Assembly (NCBI GenBank): GCA_965645245.1
Contig: OZ287083.1
Span: forward strand, 1,550,001 to 1,614,000
DNA: 64,000 nucleotides
DNA from: Massalongia carnosa
Taxonomy: Eukaryota
Direction of reading: 5' to 3'
Each line of letters begins with the position of its first letter. Within the stretch, counting starts at the first letter, position 1. Both the position numbers and the translations under genes were made by a program. Under the pieces are notes generated by a model that was not told the origin of the DNA, did not search any database, and saw nothing but the letters and a program-made list of their open reading frames with translations. Shown in pieces: positions 48,701-61,978 of the stretch.

Positions 48701-51700
48701 AGCCGAGTCCTGAATTCAAGCAAATAATATCCAGCCGAGGCTTTGATGCGAATGAGGAGAAGGATCTATTCAATATTCGGTTTATCAAGGTTAACTCACA
48801 GTCGCCGGAATTCGAATCGATATATGAAGGAATCGCAACAAACTTGAATGCATCGATATCAACTTTAAACCTAGTTGTAACAAGAAAAACTTTACTGACG
48901 CTGCTCGACTTTGTTTTGGTCACTTTCGCCGGCCCAGATAATTCACCTACACAAAAAATCGAAGAAGTACCTCACTCAGGAGACGGGAAAGAATCCAAAG
49001 TGCCTACCAAGGTAGCGCCAGGCTCGGATAAGATCCGTATCAAAGTTGACCTTCAAAGCATTTCCTTGATACTCAACAATGATGGTATCCGTCTTGCTAC
49101 TCTAAGCTTGAACGTTGCTGATGTCAGCATCTTTTTATACGAAGGAACCCTACGAGTGGGAGCTCGGCTCGGAAATCTTTCTCTCCTCGATGATATTAAC
49201 CAGGGAGCTACAGTAGATTCGCCGTTACGTCAACTGATCACAATCCAGGGGGATGAACTCGCAGATTTCAAGTATCAGACCTATGACGCGAACAGCGACT
49301 CCTACCCTGGATATGATTCGAAGGTATTTCTCAGGTCTGGGTCTATCAAAGTAAATTTCTTAGAAGAGCCCTTTCGCAAGATCTTCAACTTCCTTGTAAA
49401 GTTTGGGAAAATGCAAGCAATTTTCAACGCAGCACGTCAGGCCGCAGCAAATCAAGCAAGCCAGATACAGGAAAGCGCAAGTAAAATGCATTTTGATATT
49501 CTCATTAAAACTCCTATTCTTGTATTTCCCCGCGTAATGGTCGCAGAGAAACCTCGAGATCTCATCACCGCATACTTAGGTGAAATATATGCTAGCAATA
49601 GGTTTGCAACTCTGAAGGAATCAGGCGACGAAGTGAATAAGCTTTCGGCTGGTATCAGAAATGTCCGCTTGACTTCGGACTTCCATTATGAAGAAAACAG
49701 ACACGAAGAGCTTGAAATGATCGACAAGGTAGATCTTGACTTTAAAGTGGTTTATGCGGAACATGTACAAGGTACATCCAGGCCTGATATAGAGGTGAAA
49801 GGGGACATGTCTCCTATCAACCTTTGTATAGCTCAGACTCAGTTAAAATTTCTGATGGAGCTATCTAAGACTGTGCCAAATGCTTTTGGAACGGATCTGG
49901 AGAAAGATGAGGAAAATATTTTGCAAGAGCTACCCCAGTCCACGACTGAGCCGGCACGAAGGCTTATTCAAAAAGAGCCCAGAGATGATGAGAAAGTAGA
50001 GCCTCCAATTTACCAGGGACCAGAACTTGACCCCCGTAGCGAAGCTTGGATTAAGCTTGACTTTGTCTTCAAAGCAAAAAAGATTGGATTGGAGCTAATT
50101 CTTGCCAAAGAAGAAGAACCTATTGGGGATCTGGAATCAGCCAGCTTGTCTAAATTTGCGCTGAATGATACTAATGTCAGGCTTCGAATGAAAAGTGATG
50201 ATTCCTTGGAGTCTGAACTCTTGATCAACTCCTTTACGATTAAAGATAGTCGCACAAGGGAATCCAATAAATTCCGAAAAATTATGTCGCTTATCAACGA
50301 TGATGTAAAGCAGCAGTTTATGGCTAGTGTCACAATATCAGGAGGAATTAATCGACATCTAATCGCCATGCTTACTGTTGATAGCCCACGAGTTATATTT
50401 GCGATGGATTATCTCTTTGCTGTTCAATCTTTCGCAGCCACGGCCTTTTCTCCAGAAGAGACGCTTGATGTAGGTAGTGCTTTGGAAAACGACATCACCA
50501 CCTCCGAAGAATCCGATAGTGGCGTTAGTACACCCGTTGGAAGGGAAGAGTTGAAAGTGCAAGTGAAGCCTGAAGTCTCTGTCGACGAGGATCCCATGAG
50601 CATATCATTCCGCATAAATGTTATTGATGCACAAGTCATTTTAATAGCAAATCCTGCTATTTCGAACTCCGAGGCAATTGTTCTTGGAACGAAACAAGTG
50701 CTTGTATCCCAACAAAATGCGTCGACATTGCAAGTCACAAAAGTTGGAATGTTCTTGTGCCGAATGGATAAATTTGAAACCAGCCGGTTAAGAATTCTTG
50801 ATGACTTTTCGATTCAGATGTCCATGGATAGTCGTTCCCACGCTAAGAAAGCTGCCTTGACTAGTATATCGGTAGATGTTGAGCCTCTGGTTTTGCGCCT
50901 ATCCTTGCGCGACATTTTGCTTGCCCTGCAGATTGTCAACCGGGCCTCTGAAATGACGAATAATGTTAGCGCACAGGTGGAAGATTCGGAGCCAAAGAAA
51001 ATCACTGAGATTAAAGAAACTACCGCCACGTCTATAAAGCGCAGGTCTCTCGCTGGAAAGCCAACGTCAACCATTGCAGGGAAGACAAGTAGGTCCGTAA
51101 CCTCAAGTAAACCAGGCAAGAAGGAAACACAGAAACCTAAAACTTCAGAAGTTATGAAGCGGGAAGAGTTAACTGCCGAGCTCGAAGGCATTAGGATTAT
51201 TCTCATTAGCGATCTGCATGAGTTACCACTTCTTGATTGGAGTGTGAAGAAATTCAACGTTGACATTCGAGACTGGTCTAGTGCTATGACTGGAGATACG
51301 AGCTTTCACACATACATCAACGTTTATAATTTTTCCAAGTCAGCCTGGGAGCCATTGATTGAGCCATGGCAGCTCGGCTTCCATTTGTCGAAGGACCAAA
51401 ATTCCGAGCTTTTGTCGGTAGAGGTCTATTCTCATAAGATGATGGAACTCACTGTTACCTCAGCCACTATTGCATTAGCATCGAAGTCAGCTCAGTTTCT
51501 TTCCACAGATGAAGACGTACTTTCAAAACCACGAGGTGCGGACTCACCTTATAGAATACGAAATTATACCGGATTTGAAGTAAATGTATGGGCAGCGACT
51601 CGGGAAGAGGATCAGGGGTCTGCCGCAAAACTTAGCGATGGGGAAGAAGCACAGTGGCGCTTCGAGGATGCAAGCACAATGCGGGAAAGTCTTTCTCCGG

Positions 51701-54700
51701 AAGGAAGCACTGGCGTTATAGGGATGAAGCTTGAAGGTAGCGGCTTTGACAGTATTGATCGCATCCCGGTAAATCGCGAGGGAGAAACCCTTTATATTCT
51801 AAAGCCAAGGAAAGATAGAGTACTACATCGGCTGCTTGTGGAAGTAAAACTAGGTACCGACAATGTGAAGTACATCACTCTACGGTCTCCTCTTGTGGTC
51901 GAGAATAATACGCAGATCCCTGTGGAAATGGGAGTTTTCAGTCCTGAGGAGGGACATTTACTTAAGATTGAGAAAATCCCTCCTGGAGAAGCTCGACCAG
52001 CACCTGTTGGTGCTGCTTTCATGCATTCCCTTGTCGTTCGACCTGATCAAGGCTTTGGTTATTCGTGGTCTAACCAGCGGCTTTTTTGGAAAGACCTTCT
52101 CAAACGACCAACTCGACCAATTACATGCAAAAGCGAAAACAACGATCAATCACCCCCCTTTTACTTCCAGATGAACGCCTCTTTTGATAAGAACGATCCA
52201 CTAACGAAGCAGAGTGTATATCCATATATGCGGATACGACTTGCAGCACCAATCGAACTCCAGAATCTTCTGCCTTATGACTTCAAGTATCGTATTTATG
52301 ATAAGAATACAAAAAAAGACTGGACCAACTTCCTCAGAAAGGGCGGTGTGAGCCCAGTTCATGTCGTAGAACTGTCACATGTCTTGTTGCTGAGTATCGA
52401 GATGCAAGATACCGTGTTCAAGCCAAGCGAGTTTGCAGTGATTAATTCAAATTCCCAAGATGATTTTCATCGAGAGTCTATACTTCCTGTCAAGGATAAT
52501 CAAGGCATATTGATGAAGCTGAAGCTTCATTATTTGTAAGTACTCTGCCCAGGATCCAGAGTTTTGCTAATGTGAGCCTAGCAATGTTCCCGATAGTGGA
52601 GGCGCTTTCAAAATAACGGTGTATAGCCCATATCTCGTTTTGAATAAGACCGGCCTGGATATCAATATCCAAAGCAAAAGCTTGTTCTCTGCGGCTAAAT
52701 CAGCGGCTGGCCAAGGTGTACGCATGAACTCAGATCGTGGAATTCGTAAGGCGTTGCCCTACATGTTTTCCTATCCTAACGACGATCGTAAAAACCGCAC
52801 AATTCTCAAGGTCGGAGATTCCGCGTGGAGTAAGCCGCAAAGCTTTGATGCTATCGGTAGTACATTTGATGTCGTCCTCCAGTCATCAGACTCGAAATCA
52901 GAATTGCATGTTGGCATTTCTGTAGCAGAAGGCGAGGGTAAATACAAGCTGACTAAGGTCGTCACTGTTGCACCCAGATTCGTACTGAAGAACAAGCTCA
53001 GCGAGGAGATCAACGTTAGGGAACCGGGCTCTTCCAATTGCGCGGTGCTTAAACATGGGGAGCTCTTACCACTTCATTTTATGAAGCCTACCCGTGAAAA
53101 GCAGTTATGTGTTTGCTTTCCAGGCGTCAACAACCAGTGGTCTTCACCGTTCAATATTTCCAATCTCGGGACTTCTCACGTGAAGCTTGCCAAAGCAGGT
53201 GAACGCCAACAGCTGGTCCGGGTTGAGGTCATCATGGAAGCTGCTACCATCTTCCTTCATCTAAGTATTGAGACGAAACATTGGCCTTTTTCAATGCGTA
53301 ACGAGAGTGATATAGAATTCATGTTCTATCAAACAAATCCTAATGTCGAGGAGGGCGAAGAAGACAGATCTTCAGGCTGGCGTCCCATACGTTATCGTCT
53401 CCCTCCCCGAAGTATTATGCCTTACGCTTGGGATTATCCTGCCACGAAGAACAAGGAGCTTGTTTTAAGTGCACAGGGCAAAGAAAAATGGGTCAAGCTT
53501 GCAGAAATTGGCAATCTAATCCCAATGAAGCTGGCGCCAGCGCAAGGATCGAAGCAGCCAAAGATTATAGACATTAACATTACCGCAGATGGACCGACTC
53601 AGACTTTGGTGCTATCAAATTACAAGTCCTCAAAGAGTTTATACAAGCAAAAATCCGTCCAAGCGTCTCAAGGCAGCGTAGTCACTGGATTCGAGGTTAA
53701 AGAAATGGAGAGCGAAGTGACATTCAAGGCCCAGCTTCGTTTTGCAGGTATTGGAATATCTTTGGTTAACAAAAACCTCAAGGAGCTACTTTACTTCACC
53801 TTTCGTGACATTGAGCTCAAATACAGTGATTCACGGCTGTATCAAACTTTCAACTCAACTATCAAGTGGATCCAGGTCGATAACCAGCTGTACGGGGGGA
53901 TTTTCCCTATTCTTCTGTACCCAAGCGTCGTGCCTAAGACCGGCAAGGAGATGGAATCTCATCCTATTTTTCATTCTATGGTTACTCGAGTCAAAGACGA
54001 CTCCTATGGTGTTCTGTACATCAAGTATGCTACGCTGCTTCTTCAGCAGATGACTCTTGAACTCGATGAAGACTTTATTTTCGCCATGCTTGACTTCACG
54101 AAAGTACCCGGGGCGTCATGGTCTGAAGAGCATGAGGGTAAATTATGCGATGAGGATCTGGATATTCCCGAACCACACCAAGAACAGCAAGGTCAAGATG
54201 TATACTTTGAACTCCTTCATTTACAGCCCATGCAGCTGGACCTATCTTTTGTCCGAACGGAACGTATCAACGCCGAAGACACCATGCAGACGTCGAATCC
54301 GCTGATGTTCTTTGTCAACATCATGACCATGTCCATCGGAAACGTCAATGATGCGCCATTACGCCTAAACGCCCTGATGTTAGAAAATGCCCGTGTATCA
54401 ATACCCGCTTTGATGGCGAATATCCAAAGCCATTACACCCAAGAATGTATTCGGCAAATTCATATTGTTCTTGGTTCCGCGGATTTCTTAGGCAACCCTG
54501 TTGGTCTTTTCAACAATGTGAGCTCCGGTGTTGCCGACATCTTTTACGAGCCTTATCAAGGGTTGGTCATGACAGACCGGCCACAAGAGTTAGGAATTGG
54601 CATTGCGAAAGGTGCTTCTAGCTTTGTCAAAAAGTCGGTGTTTGGATTTTCTGACAGCATGGCCAAGTTCACTGGCAGCATGTCCAAAGGCCTAGCCGCT

Positions 54701-55468
54701 GCGACGCTAGATAAGGAATACCAAGACCAGCGACGGATGTCGAAGTCCAGGAACAGACCAAAACACGCACTATACGGTGTTACCTCTGGGGGAAATGCTT
54801 TCGCTACAAGTATGGCCAGCGGAATTGGAGGGCTGGCCCGTCATCCCTTGGAAGGTGCCGAAAAGGAAGGGTTGCAAGGGTTTGTCAAAGGCGTCGGGAA
54901 AGGCTTTCTTGGCCTGGCAACCAAACCTGCGATTGGGGCATTTGACCTGGCTTCTAGTAAGCATGCATTTCTGCTGATTCTCATCACGAATATGCTAACC
55001 CGGTATTTAGACGTGGCCGAGGGCGTCCGCAACACGACTACAGTATTCGATGCTGATGGGCTCGATCGTGTACGTCTCACCCGCTTCATCGGCATGGATG
55101 GTATTGTCCGGCCTTACGCCCAACGAGAAGCTCTTGGTCAATTCTGGCTTAAAACTCTCGACGACGGCAAATTCTTCAACGAAGACTATATTGCGCACCT
55201 CGAGCTCCCGGGCAAGGACTTGCTCGTCATGCTGACGTACAACCGCATCATGCTCGTTAAGACCAAAAAGCTGAAGGCCGAGTGGGACATCAAACTTAAC
55301 GATATCCAGACAATTTCCAAGGAGCGCACGGGCATGTCGATCACACTCAAGGGTGGCACTAACGGGCCGTTCATTCCGGTGCAGGAGGAGAGTTCACGCA
55401 ATTGGCTCTACCGTCAGATTGGTATTGCCGTCAATGCATTTAATGACAAGTACAACGCCAAGGGATGA
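45769..55468 (+). CDS. VPS13: Bridge-like lipid transfer protein Vps13
   Basis: Chorein-N MLEGL.ANLLNRFLGMYV, WEPLIEPW, VAB repeats, GSADFLGNPVGLF, C-terminal PH region. Introns 52536-52581 and 54957-55010. Confidence 0.97.
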
Positions 55469-56576
55469 TTCTATGAGCGATTGCGATGTGGAGAAGAAGA
55501 TGAGGAAATGATGATGTTGACAATTGTTCAGGTAGTGTTTAAGCTTGTTAAGGCAACTTGTTGTATGTTTATGACATTCATTTCTTCAGCGTGTTTTCAT
55601 TGCCATCACTGCATGGAAGATATACATAGCATATAGCGTGAGCAGCTTCCAGTTTAATTTATGTTTGCTCATCATCCTCCAACACATGTTAGAGTAGACA
55701 CAGAGGATGACGAACGCTGAAAACCCATTCGGCCCCTTCACTCCAACTGCCCCAAAAAACTGTCTTGGTTCATGTAGCAGTTAACTTACGAGATCACTTG
55801 ATCACAGCAGCTAGATACCTACACAGTACTATCAAGGGGGGAACCTAAACTTGTATCACCTTCTAACTCACCTAACCCCCTAAACTAACCAGCGCCGATA
55901 CCGCATTCCGAATCCAAGTTTCTGGAATCAGAGAAATAGGCTTTTCACCAAAAGATTGAAAACGGTCGGAATTTTCTGCTCGATCAGGGATATCTTTTAT
56001 CCCTATGAAAAAGAGTTGGAATGCTTTGTGCAAAGATTAGAGAGGTCGTGATGAGTGTTTTCATCTGGGATCCGGGAATCGGGATTCTATGGATACGATT
56101 GTTGCGGAAGTTTGAATTATTATGGAAAGGAGATTGAGAGATAAGAACTGCAACCCCCCCCCCATCAAGCAAATTTCCAAAGGGGGCGACCCCCCCAAAA
56201 AAACCAACAATCAAACAAAAACAGGCAGATTTTACCTATCCACGAAATACACACACGGATTCCCAATTCCCCTCTTCCTCCCCCCGTTCTTCCCTTCAAC
56301 GTTAGCTATCTGCCAATTATCCGATAATCGTTCTAGTTAGCTATTCGGCGAAAAAAAAACAAAAAAAAACAAGACTCGCCCTGCCTCCCGTTCAGCGAAT
56401 GAATCCCTGGCTTTTTGCGAGTCGAGCGGGTTTGGAGAAATGGGATGGTGCTATGTTCTGTGGTGGGTGGGATGGAGTCGGAAAGAGGGAAGAGGATTCT
56501 GGAGAGGGGGAGGGGGAGGAAGGATGGATGAATGAAATTGCTGGCTGGTTGCGGGCGGTTTATTGTCGTATAGATA

Positions 56577-57035
56577 CAGTAATAGGCCAAAAGTCTGAGT
56601 TTTACACCAAAACCTGTACTTTTTGAAAAATTGTTATACATTACACAGTTGAGCAATTTGTTAGATACTTTTTTTACCAAAAGAGATTCTTAAAATAATC
56701 AATCTGTATTCTGTAGTACTTCAATTTTTGAATTCCTCTTCATTCTATATTCTGTATTCATGTTTCACAAAGATAGTATTAAGTTCAACAATTTTCGCTT
56801 ATTTTTGTATAGAAATCTTTAATTTTCAACTTCTGTTTAATACATCGATACATTGCGTATCATAAATATCGATAACATAAATTCGAAATCGTATACTTTA
56901 AATCCTTTGTTAAAAACTGTTCAAAGAAATTTTATTGAAAAAAATTCTTTAACTGTATGTTATGTAATAAATTCTTAAAAAGTACGTAATTTGGTGGAAA
57001 ACTGCTTCGGGACGCAGACTTTTGACATGGGACTA
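56577..57035. mobile_element. Possible degenerate Tc1/mariner-derived MITE relic
   Basis: AT-rich island bounded by imperfect inverted ends CAGTAATAGGCCAAAAGTCTGAGT / ACGCAGACTTTTGACATGGGACTA. TA present on the left flank only. Confidence 0.35.
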
Positions 57036-58202
57036 TGGTCGCCGTATGCCGACGGGAGTAGGGAAGTGGGCATGAAACCATTAGGTTGGTCTGGTTCGAT
57101 AGATTGATTCGCACGAGGCATTTTGCTGAGCTCTTTGGTCGTTTTTGATTTGTTTTTTTATTTTTTTTTAATTTTTTAAAGAAGAAATGTAATAACAGTG
57201 ACACGCACCCTCTACCTTCCTCCCCCCCAAAGTCCTCGACAACACAACCTCCCCTCTGCTAGGTAGGTATATATATACCTTGATAACCCCCCCCCAAACC
57301 CCCATTTTTCTTCGCTGGTAGTTCAAGTAATCTATGTGTGTGTGTGTATGTGAGACCCGAGATCCAAGAGCTAGGGTTTTGATCGCCCAGCTTTCGTCAT
57401 GTAGGCTGGCCCGGAAAAGAGGTTTTGGGCTCGGTGACGGATTCTCGTGATTGACAAGGCCGGTCGAGGTCTGGGTTTGGGGGTTTGTAAGGAACGGGAT
57501 GGCTTTGGGGGTAAAGATGGTTCCTTTGCCCATTCCATGGTTGCTAGCATTTTAAGGCTTCGCTATTCTGGGATATATACTGTTGTAATCTTTCAAGTTG
57601 TCGAGTAGGCCTTTGCGCTCGATGATATCTCGATTGCCCTTTCTACAAGCTGCTTAATTCTTCGGCTCTTAGTCTCAAACACAGCTGAGCTCCACTTTCT
57701 AATGTGTTGTTTGATTTGGAGCCTGTGTAGGGCATCTATGGTTAAGGCGAAGCGGGAGTAGAAATAAGTTATGACCTGATACGATTCTAAGCGAGTTCTG
57801 GCACGGTAGCAGACGTATGGTGTGATGAGGTAGAAAATGAAGATTTATTTCCGAAAAGATAGGCGGACTAACAATACCGCCCCGAATGGGAAATACCTAT
57901 GCTGCTTGTCGACTTAGGTTGGAGCCGTTTATGCAAAAACTGTGTATCTAACTAGCCGCTCAACTGTCATGTACTCCAGAAACCAGATAGAGCATAACTC
58001 GCCACCGCAAACTGTTAAAATAGCCCAATTTCGAGGTAAGACCGGCGGACCGTGTGCACCGTGTGTGCTGTTCCGTGTTTTTGTGTTAAACGCTGGGTCA
58101 TTACACGCTATGGGTATTTCTCTGGAAGAATGGTTACATGCTAATGACAAAAGGGTGGGGAAGGAGGTAGGAGTGTTCCCAAAATTGCAGATACCAAGAA
58201 AA

Positions 58203-59490
58203 TCAACTCCCATTCTCGAGACAACCATTGGCGTTTTCTTCAACGGCCAAGATTGCCTTGAGCGAGATCGTCTTCCAGTCATGATGAAAGCTGGAAAATT
58301 CTCGCAGCGATAAATCCTTGGGGAATACATGCATATGGAGGTGTCCAACGGAGTTATCAGGATACGCGTGGAAGGCGAACACGAAATCTTCCGCATCAAG
58401 TTCCTGGAACCTTTTCGACAACTTCACGAAGCCGGCTTCCAGTTGAGGCAACAGGCCGCGGCATTCCGCCTTGGTCTCCTCTTTGCTGGTAAGCTTGTCG
58501 TTTTGGTCGTCAAACACTCGCCTCACACGATCGACCAGTCTTTCTCTCCCGTTGCTGTTCCAAAACTTGACGAAATGACCCTTCATCTCCTTGAGCAACG
58601 CGGCTTGGTGAGCTGTTGCGTCGGGATCTACGACGTTGAAGACCCGCTTTCTCGAAATGACAAGGGTGTGGCCGAATGCTTGACCTTCAGGGGTAACACT
58701 GCCAGGTTTGAACTTGGCGCTGAACCATTCTGGGTACTGCCTCCGATCGTATGACTCTTTATTACCGATAACATACGAATCTTCCGATTCGCTCAAGATG
58801 AGAGACTTGTCATTATGCAACTCAAACTCCTGATCGAGTGATGAGCAACCAACCTTTGGCCCAGAAACTCTCGACTTACCGAAAACCAGGTATCGGTTTT
58901 GGCAGCAGGTCGACTTCCGAATGATTTGCCAATGAAGGCCTTGGGAACTAAGCCAGTTCTATAACCTCGTTGTAAGAAAATTTAGCCCTTGGACTTGATG
59001 TTCAATAGCTGAGCCACTCTTCTGGCTATCTTCAAAAGACAACCTAATTATTGGGTTCCACAGTTCTACGTTGACAAGAGATTGCTTACATTATCGTGTA
59101 TTCATAGCTGTTGTTCTGGGCTTTCCATTCCGCTAACTCCCTCATTGCAACTGGATTGTTCCTAAACCTGTCACGCCTCTCCCGGTAAAGGTTTCGATGG
59201 TTGTCAAAGTTGGCATCGGCAACAGGCTCCGCGCTGGTTGATTTGTCAAAAATCATTCTTGAGGATACAAGCCGTTGGAATTTTTTAAAATACGACTGTT
59301 GCGTGACCCTTGGTGGTAAAACCGAACGACTTGTTGAATGTTGATACAACTTATGTTTGTGAGATCGAACGAGTTGTAGGAAGATGAAAAGCGTACATCC
59401 ACACAATATAGACGACACAAAAGCAATCACCAGGTGAAGATTTGTGTTTGTCAGATATAGGCTGTGTGTCTGGCCTTTGATAAATAGCAT
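58203..59490 (-). CDS. HIT-superfamily nucleotide hydrolase-like protein (5' exon structure uncertain)
   Basis: H.LVI..KR motif and FHAYPDNSVGHLHMHV histidine triad (HINT3/aprataxin/DcpS-like). Upstream exons joined by putative introns. Confidence 0.6.
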
Positions 59491-60426
59491 GATGAGAGCT
59501 TTGTGATGGGTCTTTGAGCGGCCGTCTCATGCCAAACCCGACTTCACAAAGAACGAAAAACTGTGAATCACAGATTCCTAGGAGTAACTCTCTAGCTCGC
59601 CCTGCTTGGTCTCGGACGGGCTGACTGTGAGGTAGTCCTGCGCGCAGTGAATCGGATGCAGCGAAAACTCATCGAGGACAAAGCGCTCTCCTCTCCGTTA
59701 TCATCGTTGCGCCTTTCCGTCTTAGTCAGAGGATGGCTAGAATGGCTTGAGTAGTCTAGGCAGTCAGGCGCTCCATTCCTCTAGCTTGCGGAAATATAAG
59801 CAAGATGGGATTGTGTATCAACCGTCATGTTATCCGACTTTGCCTTCAAACAGCTTAGCGTAATCTTGAGAGTTCGACATGTGGCGCAGGTCTCATTGCG
59901 GCCACCGCTACGCTGTTACCCGGCTTGTGAGCATAACACAGCCACTAATTACTAACTATGTATACATCTCTCCCATCTGGAGATCTTATCTTATCACACG
60001 ATGAGCCTGAGCCTGAGGGTCCGTCTTAACCACCTTCAATTATCAGCTAGCAAGTCAGCGGGCATTATGAACATAGAGTATGGGATACAGCCAATGCACT
60101 GAGTGGGTTCCTTGTCTCGCTATTGTTGGAATCTACGTGGGGGTAAAAGCACGAAAACTGATTTTGAGATGTTCAGGATTTGGGTCTGTCCTCAAGCACA
60201 AAGGATAAGGAATGACAACATTCATGCTTGACTGAAATATATATCTCTCCCACGCCACACTAAAACGGCTTGATAAACTCGACTACCACGAGGGTATGAT
60301 CCCTTCCACCACCAAGGAAAATGAAGTGGCGGCTAGATATATCTTAAACACAGTTTGGAAATCCGCCGAATGCTCAAGAAACCTTAAGGAATGATCTACG
60401 ATCATAGGATTAGCCACTCCCCTTCA

Positions 60427-60720
60427 TTACGAACAACACGGTTTCGCGAAAAGACCTACATCAATAGGCTGTTCGATTGTGCTGCCGGTGCACTTAGTAG
60501 CATCGGTGAACAGCAAAACAACGTCCTCCGACGGCACGTAGCACTTCCTCGTGACTTTCCGCAGGAGATTTGGATCCGTGGGATTGGCATAGATGTAGCC
60601 GTTGCGAAAGAGAAACGTCTTAGAGCGCTTAGCCAGGGCGTGAGAGGAGTCGGGGATTCCAGTGGGCGCGGCAATCGCAAAAACAGCGAAGAGCGCAAGG
60701 GAGAGGTAAACCAGACGCAT
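60427..60720 (-). CDS. Small secreted protein (97 aa) with Kex2 site and 4 Cys
   Basis: Signal peptide MRLVYLSLALFAVFAIAAP, propeptide ending LAKR, C-terminal CCS. Confidence 0.65.
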   Translation of the reverse strand: MRLVYLSLALFAVFAIAAPTGIPDSSHALAKRSKTFLFRNGYIYANPTDPNLLRKVTRKCYVPSEDVVLLFTDATKCTGSTIEQPIDVGLFAKPCCS

Positions 60721-61475
60721 GTTTGGAATATAGGCGGTAGATATCAAGGTGAGCTGAACGATATGGAGATTTCTTTTTTCTTCTTTTGCTTTTCGTGAAG
60801 AGTCCTGAATACCGGGATGAGGATTGCACTGAAAGATGCTTTCTACACCGATTCCAAGACGGACAATCACTTCTTAAGTACCCATCGTGAAACATACGTA
60901 GTCTCCTTTCTCTCGTCTTGCCAAGGAAAGGTGGAAAAAAAAGAGGGGGGAACATTCATGCCGTCTGTCCGTCCGTCGGTTTGCCAGTCCAGTCACCGAT
61001 AGAAGCGGTAACTACTCCGTAGCTAGTTATCCGGAGGAGCCTTTTAAAAACCCCCAATCAAAGACCGAAAGAGCCCCGAAACTGTGCTAAGCGCGAAATC
61101 TCGGGCTGCGTTGACCCTGTTGCTAACCATCAGTCCAGGCCGCAAAAAAAAGAAAATGAAAAGGGAGCAAACAAGCAAACAATAACCGTTTTGTCATAGC
61201 ATTTTACCCCCCCAGTAACGGTGTAGATAGACGATACCCTTCTAGATGTAGGCATACATATAATGTAGCCCTACCAGACCTCGGTTCACCTAATACATAA
61301 CCGCTTCCTATCGTCAATCTCCCAGTACTCTAACGCAACCAGCTAATCCCTCACTAACCCCTTGTACACACCTAGTCCCCACCCTCCCCCCATCCCGCGT
61401 CACGTCATCGTTTTCGTGTTGCGGCGGTCGTTCTCGCTTCCTTTGGCCGTTTTACCGCGTTGGGGCCGTTGGGAT

Positions 61476-61540
61476 GAATGATGATGATGAGAATGGTGAT
61501 GATGATGGTGGTGGTGGTGATGGTGGTGGTGGTGGTGGTG
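61476..61540 (+). repeat. Compound (TGA)n/(TGG)n microsatellite
   Basis: Trinucleotide runs in low-complexity intergenic DNA. Confidence 0.8.
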
Positions 61541-61978
61541 GCCTTGGGGGAATCTAGCTACTTTATTGTTAAGAGAAGGGGGGTTACGGGGAGGGATAGA
61601 GAGGAGGGTTTTTGATATTTGTTTATTTTTTGGGAGTAGGGATAGCTGGGGGGGGGGTTCTGGCGCTACTTGAATGGATCGAGGTCTCGTGTTTTCTTTC
61701 GGGGGAGGGGGAAAGGGTGTGGGGAAGGGTGGTTTTGAGATAGATAGAGAGGGTAAGCGGGACGCAAAACTGTGAAGCCGAGAGGGAATATGTAGCCTGA
61801 AGAAAGTATAAGAGAGATGGTAACACGTGATAAACAAGAAAGATTGTCTATCAGACAGATATTACATATTACGCTACTATAATCTATTCTAAACGCGATT
61901 TTCGGACACTCTATCTTCACCCGAACTTTCTATACAAATGCCAATGAGGAGGAAGAGGAGGAGCAAACATTATATCCA

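Noticed and set aside
54957..55010. Apparent 18-aa insertion in the Vps13 C-terminus, and a 'split' VPS13
   Set aside because: A 54-nt in-frame intron (GTAAGC..GCTAAC..TAG). The split at 52536-52581 is an ordinary intron.
61400..61837. Poly-His ORF
   Set aside because: Translation of a TGA/TGG microsatellite in low-complexity intergenic DNA, with no other coding signal.
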